Below are positions 20,571 to 30,641 of a DNA stretch of 64,000 nt, piece by piece. How positions within the stretch are numbered: position 1 is the first letter of the stretch; every line of letters begins with the position of its first letter. Source of the stretch: Reclinomonas americana ATCC 50394 (Eukaryota); NCBI GenBank assembly GCA_048213135.1, contig PS015010.1, forward strand, positions 1,116,001-1,180,000. The letters are read 5' to 3'. The translations under genes and the position numbers were made by a program. The notes under the pieces are model-generated. The model made no database searches. It was given only the letters and a program-made list of their open reading frames with translations, and was not told the DNA's origin.

Positions 20571-20599
20571 CCGGCGGCGTTGCGGCGCTGCCGGTTTTT
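20571..20599 (+). terminator. Hairpin plus T-run between the TBDR and HupE/UreJ genes
   Basis: CCGGCGGCG...CGCTGCCGG then TTTTT. Confidence 0.55.
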
Positions 20600-20608
20600 A
20601 TTATCGTG

Positions 20609-21298
20609 ATGGAACAACCAGCTGTACATAACACTTCATTTTCCCGGCGAAAGTTCATCGGCATACTGCTGCTGCTCATTGTGGCAGGCAACAGTCTTTT
20701 TGCGCATGATGTGGTGGGTGAACTGGAGAAGATGTCGAGGACGGATGTGGCGGTGCTTTATCTTCAACTGGGCTTTACGCATATATTGCCGCTGGGTTTC
20801 GATCACATTCTTTTTGTACTGAGCCTCTTCCTGTTAAGCCCGAAACTGAAACCGGTGCTCTGGCAGGCAACGGCTTTTACCATTGCCCACTCGGTTACGC
20901 TGGGACTGGCCATGTATAAAGTGATCACACCATCACCGAAGATCGTGGAACCCATTATCGCTTTATCCATTTTATATGTGGCGCTGGAAAACATCATCTC
21001 ACCGCGGCTTAAAAAAACGCGTATCGGTATTGTATTTCTTTTCGGTCTTATACACGGTATGGGGTTTGCCACTGCGCTGGGCGAACTCGGCCTGCCGCAG
21101 AACGCTTACCTGGTGTCACTGCTGATGTTCAATGTGGGTGTTGAACTGGGGCAACTGGCGGTTATCCTCGGCGCTTATTTTCTTTTTGGAAAATGGTTCG
21201 GTAATAAACCTTATTACAGGAAGTATATCGTAATTCCTCTGTCGGTGATGATCTGCGCCATGGCCCTGTACTGGACCATTGAGCGTTTATTTTTCTAA
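20609..21298 (+). CDS. HupE/UreJ-family membrane protein
   Basis: GFTHILPLGFDHILF, TAFTIAHSVTL, FGLIHGMGFA, FNVGVELGQ. Confidence 0.9.
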   Translation: MEQPAVHNTSFSRRKFIGILLLLIVAGNSLFAHDVVGELEKMSRTDVAVLYLQLGFTHILPLGFDHILFVLSLFLLSPKLKPVLWQATAFTIAHSVTLGLAMYKVITPSPKIVEPIIALSILYVALENIISPRLKKTRIGIVFLFGLIHGMGFATALGELGLPQNAYLVSLLMFNVGVELGQLAVILGAYFLFGKWFGNKPYYRKYIVIPLSVMICAMALYWTIERLFF

Positions 21299-22580
21299 AC
21301 CGGTCTCCAGATCCTTTACCATATAAGGACTAAGATCATACCTGTTCTTCCAGGCTGCTTTGAAGTATTGCTTCGCGTTGTAGATCTTATTTGTTCCCTG
21401 CATCATCTTTCCCATCCAGTACAGTTCAAGTCCCTCCAGGGGCCGGCCCGAAACCTGCTGTTCGTAGTATTGCAGGGCTTCGGTTGTTTTGCCATTCCGG
21501 TAAAGTGCCCATACATACCAGGCGGAAGTTTGCGGTGTATGACGGTTTTGTAATTCCCTCGCCGCGATATTTTCCGCTGCAGACGGTTGCGCTAATATAC
21601 CGGTGTACAATTCAATAAGGTATTTGTTGTACATATTGCCGTATACCGGTTGTGATGCGATTTGTGCAAATTCTGCGGCATATTTTTTCTGCATGACGCT
21701 GTCGCCTCTTTTATCCATTGCCTGGGCCAGTTTGTACAAGGCATCGGGCGCCTGTGACCGGTCTTTCACCCAATGGAAAAGACGCTCTGCAAGACTGTCA
21801 TTATTATCATGAACAAGACTTACCCAGCCCAGCCCCATAACGCTGTGGAGATCAGCATTGCTGAGGCGTATGGACCGGGTATAATATGCATAAGCTTTGC
21901 CAGGTTGGGCATTGTGCAGGTAAAGATCCGCGGCGTTGGACAGGGCGGCCTGCTGCAGGTGGATATCTTCCCCGGCGCAGGTTACCGCGGCTTCCATGGC
22001 GGCGATAGCGGTATCGAGGTCGCCTTTGTAATGGGCCAGTTTGGCTTTCCTGAACTGGTAACCGTAATCGTTAGGTACGGCAATTTCGCGGAGAAAGGCT
22101 TCTGCCACCGGGTAGTCACCCGATTCAAAAGCCACATCGAAAGAGGCCGCGGCGGATTCATTTTTTTTTCAGGCCGATGGTCTTGGCCGCTTTCAGTAAG
22201 GAGTCGGCCTGGTGAAAGCGATGTTGCTGCAGGGCATGCAGGGCGAGTGAAAGTGCCGGGGCTGCTTCGCGATGGGCGAATACGCTGTCGGTAAAGCGAA
22301 GCACACTGTCGGATTGAAGAAGATCTTTGATATCACCTTTTAATAAAAACCTGCCTGCCAGTGCCGAGGCATATTTCATTTCATTGACGATGCCTGGTTG
22401 TGCGGGGTTGATGCGTGCTTTCCAGAAGTTGATATCTGCACTGTTGGTGGTCCATTCGGCCGGTTCCTGCTTGTTTTGCAGGATGCTGTCGGCAAAGGAA
22501 GCCTGTACAATGATCCCTGATTGCTGTTTACAGGAAATGAGGAAGCTGACAACTACTGCGGCGTAAGCGATCTTTTTCAA
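21287..22580 (-). pseudogene. TPR lipoprotein split by a +1 frameshift in an A9 tract (or a sequencing error)
   Basis: ORF 22158-22580 (lipobox LISC) ends CTG AAA AAA AAA TGA. Removing one A gives L-K-K-N-E-S-A-A-A-S-F-D-V-A-F-E, continuous with ORF 21287-22135 (TPR-like helices). Confidence 0.8.
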
Positions 22581-22639
22581 ACCTTTTTCTAAAACTTACG
22601 TAATGGATGGAGGGAAGGTTTGAAGAATAGTCCTTTAAG

Positions 22640-23362
22640 TTACTCCCAGCCGCTGGCCAGTACATCGGCGATATGCATGGTTTTGATGGGCAGTTGTTTA
22701 CCGCGTATAAAACCTTCGAGCTGCATCAGGCAACTGAGGTCGGTGGAGATGATATATTCGGCGCCGGTTTCCAGGGCATTCTTCAATTTCTGATCGGCCA
22801 TACCTTCAGAGATAGCCTCAAATTTCACGGCAAAAGTGCCGCCAAAACCACAGCAGGTCTCCACGTCGTTCATCTCTACCAGTTCAAGTCCTTTTACATG
22901 GTTAAGCAGGGTACGTGGGCCTTCTTTGATCTTACACTCCCGCAGGGCGGCGCAACTATCGTGGTAAGTGGCTTTGCCATTGAGTTCGGCACCATAGTTC
23001 TCTATCTTCAATACTTCAGTAAGGAATTCGGAGAACTCGTAAATGCGTTTGCCAAGGTCTTTTACGGTATTGTGAAGCGAGGAGTTCTCAAATAATTTGC
23101 TGTAGTAATTTCTCACAAATCCCACGCAGCTGGCGCTGGGGGCTACGATATAGTCGATGCCGTCGAAATCTTTCAGGAATTTGGTGGCCACATCACGGGC
23201 CTCATCCCAGTAACCGGCATTGAAAGCGGGCTGGCCGCAGCAGGTCTGGTTGGTATTATAAGCCACATCGCAGCAGGCTTTCTCCAATACTTTCACCATG
23301 TTGAAGGCGGTCTGCGGGTACAACTGGTCTACAAAACAAGGTATGAATAACTGGACCTTCAT
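22640..23362 (-). CDS. (Fe-S)-binding CCG-domain protein, LutA/YkgE-like
   Basis: LFIPCFVD, QTCCGQPAFNAG, YHDSC, CCGFGGTF, DLSCLMQ. Confidence 0.88.
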   Translation of the reverse strand: MKVQLFIPCFVDQLYPQTAFNMVKVLEKACCDVAYNTNQTCCGQPAFNAGYWDEARDVATKFLKDFDGIDYIVAPSASCVGFVRNYYSKLFENSSLHNTVKDLGKRIYEFSEFLTEVLKIENYGAELNGKATYHDSCAALRECKIKEGPRTLLNHVKGLELVEMNDVETCCGFGGTFAVKFEAISEGMADQKLKNALETGAEYIISTDLSCLMQLEGFIRGKQLPIKTMHIADVLASGWE

Positions 23363-23395
23363 GAATGTCCGGGCTTTAATGTTATCAAATCAGTA

Positions 23396-23887
23396 TCACG
23401 GTTCAATTTCCGGGGCCTCCGACAGGCTGATCATTTTCAGGGCGGTAATAGCGGCCTCCTCTCCTTTATGACCGTGTTTGCCGCCGGTGCGTTCATCGGC
23501 CTGCCGCTGGTTGTCAACGGTCAGTATCCCGAAAATGCTCGGTACCGGCAGTGACAGGTTCAATTGCAGGATACCGTCTGTAACGGCCTTGCAAACATAA
23601 TCAAAATGAGGGGTATCACCCCTTAACACACAACCCAGCGCAATGAAGGCCGCGGGTTTTATGGTCGACTTTTCCCAGTAATTTTTAATGGCGAAAGGGA
23701 GTTCAAAAGCGCCGGGTACGGTAAGCGTGGCGTGGCGTACACCCTGTTCCTGCAACACTTCATGGCAACCAGCCTCCAGTTTGTCGATGGTGGCGGCATT
23801 CCATTCGGTGCGTACTATGACAACAAAGGCATCCTTTGAAACCCGGATGCCTGTTGTGTCGTATAAATTTTGTGATGATAAGGACAT
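23396..23887 (-). CDS. ribH: 6,7-dimethyl-8-ribityllumazine synthase
   Basis: VPGAFELP, LGCVLRGDTPHFDYV, FGILT, KGEEAA. Confidence 0.95.
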   Translation of the reverse strand: MSLSSQNLYDTTGIRVSKDAFVVIVRTEWNAATIDKLEAGCHEVLQEQGVRHATLTVPGAFELPFAIKNYWEKSTIKPAAFIALGCVLRGDTPHFDYVCKAVTDGILQLNLSLPVPSIFGILTVDNQRQADERTGGKHGHKGEEAAITALKMISLSEAPEIEP

Positions 23888-23907
23888 AATCTGTCGTGCT
23901 GAACCTT

Positions 23908-24627
23908 TTATTGGGTAACACCCAGCTTGCCGAGGTATTTGTCAACGTCGCCGCTGGCTACCCGGTTGCTGCTCTCATATTTTTCTTTCAGTTTTTTGAA
24001 GATCTCGATCGCCTCTTTCGGCTTACCGATGGCATCGGCGTAGCTGCCGGCAATGAACAGGGCTTCGGAAGCCAGGGCATCGTCCTTGCTGTCAACATCA
24101 GCGGCTTTCTTATAATAGCTTAAAGCGTCGTCGGTCTTTTTCTGTTCAGCATAAGCGTGGCCCAGCATAATGTAGGCTTTGCTTTGTACCTGGTTGGCAC
24201 CGTTGCCGTCGAATTCTTTCAGGTGCTTAATGGCTTTGTCAAACTGTTTCAGGTGCAGGTAGCAGGCGCCCACCATGTATTCGGCACGGTTGGCAGAAGG
24301 CGTACCATCGTATTTGCTGATAATACTCAACAAACCGGTGATATTGTTTGGTTTTGAACCGTTTAATACCATGCTCACCGTATCCTGGTTAAAGCTGGAT
24401 GAGTTGGCCATAACGCCGAACAGTTTTTCCGCCGCGAAGATCTGTTCGCTGGCTTTCTGCTCTTTCGGCAATTTGAACATGTATTTATAAACGTAGTAAG
24501 CGCCACCCAGCAGGATGACGATGCTGCCTATAAGGATGATGGGTTTGCTGAATTTTGCCCAGAATCCTTTTGCTTTTACAAGGGCCGGGTTCACTTCTGC
24601 AGTTTCAACTTGTACTTTCTCTGCCAT
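23908..24627 (-). CDS. Membrane-anchored TPR protein (YfgM-like)
   Basis: Single N-terminal TM followed by TPR helices; directly upstream of ribH. Confidence 0.8.
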   Translation of the reverse strand: MAEKVQVETAEVNPALVKAKGFWAKFSKPIILIGSIVILLGGAYYVYKYMFKLPKEQKASEQIFAAEKLFGVMANSSSFNQDTVSMVLNGSKPNNITGLLSIISKYDGTPSANRAEYMVGACYLHLKQFDKAIKHLKEFDGNGANQVQSKAYIMLGHAYAEQKKTDDALSYYKKAADVDSKDDALASEALFIAGSYADAIGKPKEAIEIFKKLKEKYESSNRVASGDVDKYLGKLGVTQ

Positions 24628-24721
24628 TTTACTATTGTGTTTTTTTGCCGGGATTGGTTATCTGACTGCGGGAAATGTTGCCGGCATTCCTCTCCCGCCG
24701 TTATGGTTTTGGTTTTTTAGC

Positions 24722-25714
24722 TTAGTCTACAATAAAAGGATAATCTTCCTGAACATATACGTCTTTCAGCAGTTCGTCATCAGAAGGCCATGGGCTTTCT
24801 TCGGCAAACTGAACGCTTTCTTCCACTTCTGCTTTCACCCTTTCATTAATGACTTCGATCTCAGCATCAGGTACTTTGTATTCTTCTTTCAGGATGTTGA
24901 GTACGTGATCGATCGGGTCTTTTTCCTTGTATTCTTCCACTTCTTCTTTACTGCGGTATTTCTGCGGGTCACTCATACTGTGACCTTTGTAACGGTAGGT
25001 TTTGATCTCCAGCAGTGTGGGTCCGCCTTTTTCCCTGGCCCTGTTCACGGCCCTGAGTACGCCATTGTGTACATCTTCGGGACTCATACCGTCGATGCTG
25101 TCGCTTGGCATTTCGTAAGCGTCGGCCAGTTTATAAATATCCAGTGTTTTACTGGTACGGGCAACGGAAGTGCCCATAGCGTAATGGTTGTTCTCGCAAA
25201 TGAATACCACGGGCAGGTCCCACAGCATGGCCATGTTAAAAGCCTCGTGCAGCATACCCTGGCGGGCGGCGCCGTCGCCAAAGAAGCAGAGCACCACATT
25301 ATTGGTGCCTTTATAACGTTCGGCAAAAGCCAGTCCCGCGCCGGTGCCTATCTGTGCACCTACGATACCGTGTCCGCCGAAGAAGTTCTCTTTCAAACCG
25401 AAAAAGTGCATACTGCCGCCTTTGCCCTTGGAGCAGCCGGTGGCTTTACCATACAATTCGGCCATACAGGCTTTGGCGGTAATACCCTTGGCGATGGCCA
25501 GAGCGTGATCGCGGTAGGCAGTGATGAACTTGTCATCGGGATTGGTGGCGGTCATACAACCGGCAGCCACAGCTTCCTGCCCGATATAGAGGTGGCAAAA
25601 GCCCCTGATTTTCTGCATACCGTATAACTGGCCTGTCTTTTCCTCGAAACGGCGAAGAAGCAGCATCAGTTCGTACCAGTAGAGATAAGTTTCTTTAGAA
25701 AACTTTGTAGCCAA
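24722..25714 (-). CDS. pdhA: Pyruvate dehydrogenase E1 alpha subunit
   Basis: GFCHLYIGQEA, GKGGSMH, GDGA TPP motif, TYRYKGHSMSDP; likely TTG start at 25714, with TATCTTTG -7 element at 25734-25741. Confidence 0.95.
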   Translation of the reverse strand: MATKFSKETYLYWYELMLLLRRFEEKTGQLYGMQKIRGFCHLYIGQEAVAAGCMTATNPDDKFITAYRDHALAIAKGITAKACMAELYGKATGCSKGKGGSMHFFGLKENFFGGHGIVGAQIGTGAGLAFAERYKGTNNVVLCFFGDGAARQGMLHEAFNMAMLWDLPVVFICENNHYAMGTSVARTSKTLDIYKLADAYEMPSDSIDGMSPEDVHNGVLRAVNRAREKGGPTLLEIKTYRYKGHSMSDPQKYRSKEEVEEYKEKDPIDHVLNILKEEYKVPDAEIEVINERVKAEVEESVQFAEESPWPSDDELLKDVYVQEDYPFIVD

Positions 25715-25750
25715 TGGGATCAGTTTTAGGCGGCAAAGATAGGGGAAAAC

Positions 25751-25921
25751 AGTTGACAATGGACAGTTTACAATTGACAATGTGGGGATAAGCGGTATGG
25801 AAGACAGACGACGAACCACAGACCGTGGAAAGTCCTCATAATTTGACAATTATCACTTTTTCACAGAGACGTGCCCATGCCCTCCGCAAGTACTATCATC
25901 TGTTGTCCGTCGTCCGTCGTC
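25751..25921. repeat. Short heptamer tandem arrays in the pdhA/recF divergent intergenic region
   Basis: AGTTGAC AATGGAC AGTTTAC AATTGAC (from 25751); GACAGACGACGAACCACAGAC (~25803); inverted TGTTGTCCGTCGTCCGTCGTC (25901-25921). Confidence 0.7.
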
Positions 25922-25950
25922 TCCCTTCCTTTCCTATCTTTGCAGGCCGC

Positions 25951-27036
25951 ATGCTCCAGCTCAATTCCATAATCATCACCCAGTTCAAAAACTACCCGTT
26001 TTCCTCTTTTTCCTTTTCGGAAAGGGTCATCGGCATTTGCGGGCTCAACGGGCGGGGCAAGACCAACCTGCTGGACGCCATATATTACTCCTGTTTTACC
26101 AAAAGTTACTTTTCGCGGACGGACATCCTCAACATCCGGTTCAACACCGATGGTTTCCGGCTGGAATCGCATTTCAGCAAGGAGGGCGCCGACCAGAAAC
26201 TGGTGTGCATACACCGTGGTGTGGGCAAAAAGGAACTGACGCTGAATGATAGTCCGTATGAGAAAATGTCGCACCACATCGGCAAATTCCCTGTGGTGAT
26301 GATCGCCCCCGATGACATCAGCCTGGTAACCGGCAGCAGCGAAGAACGCCGGCGTTTTATAGATACCGTACTCAGCCAGGTAGATGATGATTACCTGCAG
26401 CAACTGATCCTGTACAATAAAGTATTGCAGCAGCGCAACAGCCTGTTCAAACGTTTTGCCGAACAGGGCCGTACCGATCTGTCACTTTTAGAAGTGCTCG
26501 ACCACCAGTTGGTACAACCCGGGGAGATCATTTACCAGAAAAGAAAAAAGTACACGGCTTCTCTCCTGCCGCTGGTACAGCAATTTTACCGGCAGATCGC
26601 CGGCAGCAGTGAGGAGACCATCGGTCTGGAATACGAAAGCCAACTGAACAATACATCATTCGATACTTTACTGCAGCAGACGCGGCAGAAAGACCTTGTA
26701 CTGCAACGCAGCAACGGCGGTATACATAAAGATGACATCAACATACTCCTGAACGGGCAGGTGTTCCGCAATATCGCTTCACAGGGACAACGCAAAAGCC
26801 TGTTGTTTGCTCTCAAACTGGCTGAGTTTGAACTGCTGAAGCAGCATAAAGGCTATCCTCCCCTCCTTTTGCTGGATGACGTATTTGAAAAGCTCGACGA
26901 CAGCCGGATGCAGCAACTCTTACAACAGGTATGCTGCCGCAATGAGGGACAGGTATTCATTACCGATACGCACCGCGACAGGCTGGAAGCGGCGTTTAAG
27001 GAGATGGAGGTGGCGTATCAGTTGGTTGAATTGTAA
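25951..27036 (+). CDS. recF: DNA replication/repair protein RecF
   Basis: FKNY, GLNGRGKTNLLDAIY Walker A, ERRRFID, ASQGQRKS, LLLDDVF; ATG at 25951 just after TATCTTTG (25935-25942). Confidence 0.95.
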   Translation: MLQLNSIIITQFKNYPFSSFSFSERVIGICGLNGRGKTNLLDAIYYSCFTKSYFSRTDILNIRFNTDGFRLESHFSKEGADQKLVCIHRGVGKKELTLNDSPYEKMSHHIGKFPVVMIAPDDISLVTGSSEERRRFIDTVLSQVDDDYLQQLILYNKVLQQRNSLFKRFAEQGRTDLSLLEVLDHQLVQPGEIIYQKRKKYTASLLPLVQQFYRQIAGSSEETIGLEYESQLNNTSFDTLLQQTRQKDLVLQRSNGGIHKDDINILLNGQVFRNIASQGQRKSLLFALKLAEFELLKQHKGYPPLLLLDDVFEKLDDSRMQQLLQQVCCRNEGQVFITDTHRDRLEAAFKEMEVAYQLVEL

Positions 27037-27189
27037 TGTGATGATGTGCGGATATGCAGATCCCGCCTTTGGACGGGACAAGTTGCGAAAATGAATAGAG
27101 ATGAACCACAGACAACGGACTACAGACGACTGGTAATATTAATGGAGCCTGCATCGTAATTCGTAATTAGTAATTCGTAATTTTATCCC

Positions 27190-27471
27190 ATGGGAGAAAT
27201 CTCTTTACAAGACGCCATACAACAATTTCTGCGCAACAGCAGGCTCAAAAGCGGGATACAATCGCTCCGCATTGAAGAGGTATGGGAAGAAGTGATGGGA
27301 AAAACGATTGCCAAATACACCGATTCTATTCAGCTGATCAACTCCACGCTTTATATTTCCTCGGCGGTGGCGCCATTAAAGAATGAACTCCTCTACCAGA
27401 AAGAAAAAATCATCGACCGCATCAATGAAGTAATGGGTGAGAAACTGGTGAAGGAAGTTGTGATCAAATAA
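27190..27471 (+). CDS. DUF721 (DciA-like) protein
   Basis: WEEVMGKTIAKYT...LYISSAVAPLKNELLYQKEKII; follows recF. Confidence 0.85.
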   Translation: MGEISLQDAIQQFLRNSRLKSGIQSLRIEEVWEEVMGKTIAKYTDSIQLINSTLYISSAVAPLKNELLYQKEKIIDRINEVMGEKLVKEVVIK

Positions 27472-28362
27472 TTACTCGTTCCTGACAGGTCTTACCGTAT
27501 ACCCCTCTTTTTTCAGTAAATTAATGAGGCCTTTTTCTCCCGGCAGGTGCCCCGCTCCCACGGCTACAAATACCGGTTCCTTATGCATGATCTTTTTCAA
27601 CTGGGTAACCCAGTTGCGGTTGCGGTTGTCGAGCAGGATGTCCTGGTGCTCTTCTATACCCATTTCATTATCGTTGAACAGGTCTTCCATTTCTTTGATG
27701 CGCTGCTGTTTGTACACAACCAGCATGGTATCGAAATATTTCCTGAAATGATCGAGGCTGTCAATCGTTTTTAACAGTTCCTGCGCCTGTTTGGTGTATG
27801 GGATACTGTCGAATATGGAAGCCTGGAAAGCCATCGTTTCCAAACCCTGCACTTCCTTCTTTTGCTCTTTGGCCAGCTTCATCAGTTCTTCTTCTACACC
27901 GGTAACGGTTTTGCAGGGCATCATTTTGGGATAGAGCATGGCCACCAGGAAGTAAGGCTTCATGGATTGCAGCATGCCGATGGGTGTTTTCAGCGAGTCT
28001 TTAAAGAATTTTTCCACCCGGGCATATTCTTCCGGGCTGTACAGGTCTTTCAATTGTGTGCCTTTGTTCATGTTCATGAGCATAAAACCGCCCATAAGCG
28101 TGGCCGGGTCATCCATATCCAGTTCCAGGTACAGCTCACGGGAAGCGCCAAGTGCTGTTGTAAGCGCCGGGCTGAAGTGAATATCGTTTCGGCAAAGCAT
28201 GTGAAAGGTGCCAAACAGGTAGCTGGGCGATGTTAACCCCTTCCCGCTTACTTCCCACAGCAGCGTATTGCCCGACTCTTCTGTCTTCAACTCAGGCTGC
28301 CGGGTTTGAGCCGTACAGGAGCTGATAATAATACTGAAAAAAAGAACCCTTAACCCTTTCAT
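27472..28362 (-). CDS. TraB/GumN-family lipoprotein
   Basis: LLWEVSG...SYLFGTFH, GLET, RNRNW, FVAVGAGHLPG. Confidence 0.9.
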   Translation of the reverse strand: MKGLRVLFFSIIISSCTAQTRQPELKTEESGNTLLWEVSGKGLTSPSYLFGTFHMLCRNDIHFSPALTTALGASRELYLELDMDDPATLMGGFMLMNMNKGTQLKDLYSPEEYARVEKFFKDSLKTPIGMLQSMKPYFLVAMLYPKMMPCKTVTGVEEELMKLAKEQKKEVQGLETMAFQASIFDSIPYTKQAQELLKTIDSLDHFRKYFDTMLVVYKQQRIKEMEDLFNDNEMGIEEHQDILLDNRNRNWVTQLKKIMHKEPVFVAVGAGHLPGEKGLINLLKKEGYTVRPVRNE

Positions 28363-28667
28363 TTTATACCTTTTATCTTTTAAAAGTACTATGTTTACGG
28401 GAGAAAAAGACCCTTACCAATTGACCAAATCTTTGGCCTGCATGAAGTCGTCCTTTATTGCACATCTTTCGTTTCCCGAACTGATGGCTTCCCCCAACGC
28501 CTGTTACAGTTCACGGGTTTTTGATAAAACCAGTAAACCTTGTCCGCTGCAACCATTAGTTTTTACCATACACCAGGGCGACACACCTGTTCCGGTGATT
28601 CCCGGTTGATAAAGATGTATGATCAAAAAAACAGACAACATATAACTACGTATAACCACAACCATTG

Positions 28668-30641
28668 ATGAAAAAACAACTGATCACACTCACCGTACTG
28701 CTGGCCATGTTTTCCGCCACTGCGCAGAAAGGCCTTCCCGGGTTTGGCAAGATAGATAAATCAGACCTGGAGATGCAGGATTGTGATTTTGATAAAGGAG
28801 CGGAAGCCGTTAAGCTGATCGACTGGGGAAATTTTTATTATGACCGCGGAACGGCCGGTATTTCCCTGTTCAAGACCATATTTGAACGAAGGGTACGCAT
28901 CAAAATACTGAAAGAAAAAGGGCTCTCCTATGCAAATGTTAAGATCCCTTATTACGGGCGGAATGATAATGAGAAAATGCTTAAGCTGGAAGCCTGCACC
29001 TATAACCTGGATGCATCGGGTAATGTGCAGGTCACCGAGGTGAAGAAAAGTTCCATTTACTCCAAACGTATCGACCAGAACCGTTTTGAGATGATCATCA
29101 CTTTCCCGGAAGTTAAACCCGGCAGTGTGATTGAATACCATTACCGCATGGACCGGGAAACCTACGACCTGCGTAACTGGGTGTTCCAGGACGCGATACC
29201 TGTTCGGTACAGCGAGTACGATCTGAAAGTGCCTAAAATATTCCGCTTCACCGTAAAACCTACTATTGTTGATTCCATTGATATTAAGAATGACGTGGTT
29301 GAAGAACGCATTTCTGTTGAAAGCGGATTTGTATTAACCGAGTCGGTAAAAAGCAGTTACGTGATGCAGCGGTTGCCGGGCATCCGCAATGAACCGTATA
29401 TGGGCGCTATTACCGACTATGTGCAACGGCTCGAATTCCAGTTGTCGCAGCTCGATTACGGTGATGGCCGTATCCGCGATCTGCGGGTGAAATGGAGCGA
29501 CGTGATCGAAGACCTGCTGAAGAACGACGACTTTGGCAAACAACTGGCAGCCGACATACCCGGCGCGGAAAGCATCATCACCCAGGCCCGCGCTATACCC
29601 GGAACAGAAAGCAGGATGAAATTCCTTCACAACACAGTAAGGGATATGATGAACTGGAACAGGGATGATGATTTTGTAACGGATGCCGGTATCAGTAAGG
29701 CCTTTTCAATGAAGACCGGGAATGCTGCCGACATCAACCTGTTGCTGGTACACCTGCTTAATGATGTGGGTATACCCGCCAAACCGATCCTCTTCAGTAC
29801 CCGCGACAACGGGCTGGTCAATACCTACTATCCCTTTACCGACCAGTTCAATACCGTAATGGCTTTTGTGCAGGCGGGCGATAAAAAATATGTGCTGGAT
29901 GCCACTGATAAAGCCGCTTCCTGGCAATTGCCGCCTGAACGCGTGGTGAATACCAATGGTTTTATCGTGGAAAGTCCCAACGGCACCTGGATGGAATACA
30001 GCGATAACAGCCATAAGTACAAACTGATGGTGGCGGTTAAAGGAGAAATAAGCAACGATGGTTTTATGAAAGGCGATGCCGTGGTGAACAGCCGCGACTA
30101 CAGCCGCCGCCAGCGTGTGGAAGACTGGAGAAAAGATAAGGATGCATTTAAAAGGACCTACTTTACCATTGCCGGCGTTCCCGTTAAAACAGATGAAGTA
30201 ACCATCAATAACCTGGATGCCGATTCCCTGCCGCTGGAACAAAGGGTACTGTTCACTACCCAGCTCAGCAGTTCGGGCGATTACAGGTACTTCAACATTA
30301 ATATTTTTTCCGAAATGGATAAGAATGAATTCGTGAAAGACGAACGCATTTCGGATGTGGATTATGGCGTGTTGCAGGATTATACCATCTTCGGTAACTT
30401 TATACTGCCTGAAGGGTACGTGTTTGATGAACTGCCCAAAGACAAGTCCATACTGATGCCCGACAACAGCATCATCTTCAGCCGTAACATACAGGCTGAT
30501 GGTAACCTGCTCAATGTGCGCATTTCCATTGAATACAAAAGCTCTTTCTACCCGGCGGCCCAATACCCTGAGTTCAGGGAATTTCATAAAAAAATGTTCG
30601 CGGCACTGAATGAGCAGATCGTGATCAAAAAGAAACCGTGA
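28668..30641 (+). CDS. DUF3857 / transglutaminase-like protein (catalytic Cys apparently absent)
   Basis: Signal peptide; RIKILKEKG, VKPGSVIEY, KTGNAADINL, YVLDAT. Confidence 0.8.
   Translation: MKKQLITLTVLLAMFSATAQKGLPGFGKIDKSDLEMQDCDFDKGAEAVKLIDWGNFYYDRGTAGISLFKTIFERRVRIKILKEKGLSYANVKIPYYGRNDNEKMLKLEACTYNLDASGNVQVTEVKKSSIYSKRIDQNRFEMIITFPEVKPGSVIEYHYRMDRETYDLRNWVFQDAIPVRYSEYDLKVPKIFRFTVKPTIVDSIDIKNDVVEERISVESGFVLTESVKSSYVMQRLPGIRNEPYMGAITDYVQRLEFQLSQLDYGDGRIRDLRVKWSDVIEDLLKNDDFGKQLAADIPGAESIITQARAIPGTESRMKFLHNTVRDMMNWNRDDDFVTDAGISKAFSMKTGNAADINLLLVHLLNDVGIPAKPILFSTRDNGLVNTYYPFTDQFNTVMAFVQAGDKKYVLDATDKAASWQLPPERVVNTNGFIVESPNGTWMEYSDNSHKYKLMVAVKGEISNDGFMKGDAVVNSRDYSRRQRVEDWRKDKDAFKRTYFTIAGVPVKTDEVTINNLDADSLPLEQRVLFTTQLSSSGDYRYFNINIFSEMDKNEFVKDERISDVDYGVLQDYTIFGNFILPEGYVFDELPKDKSILMPDNSIIFSRNIQADGNLLNVRISIEYKSSFYPAAQYPEFREFHKKMFAALNEQIVIKKKP

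Noticed and set aside
22640-23362. Complete lactate utilisation (lutABC) operon
   Set aside because: Only the LutA-like gene is present in the window; substrate cannot be assigned
24515-25627. 370-aa plus-strand ORF (likewise 34901-35722 and similar long antisense ORFs)
   Set aside because: Antisense shadows of pdhA, pdhB and other well-supported genes
25715-25950. Long N-terminal extensions of pdhA and recF in the ORF track
   Set aside because: They run through heptamer repeats and across the -7 promoter elements; true starts are more likely 25714 and 25951
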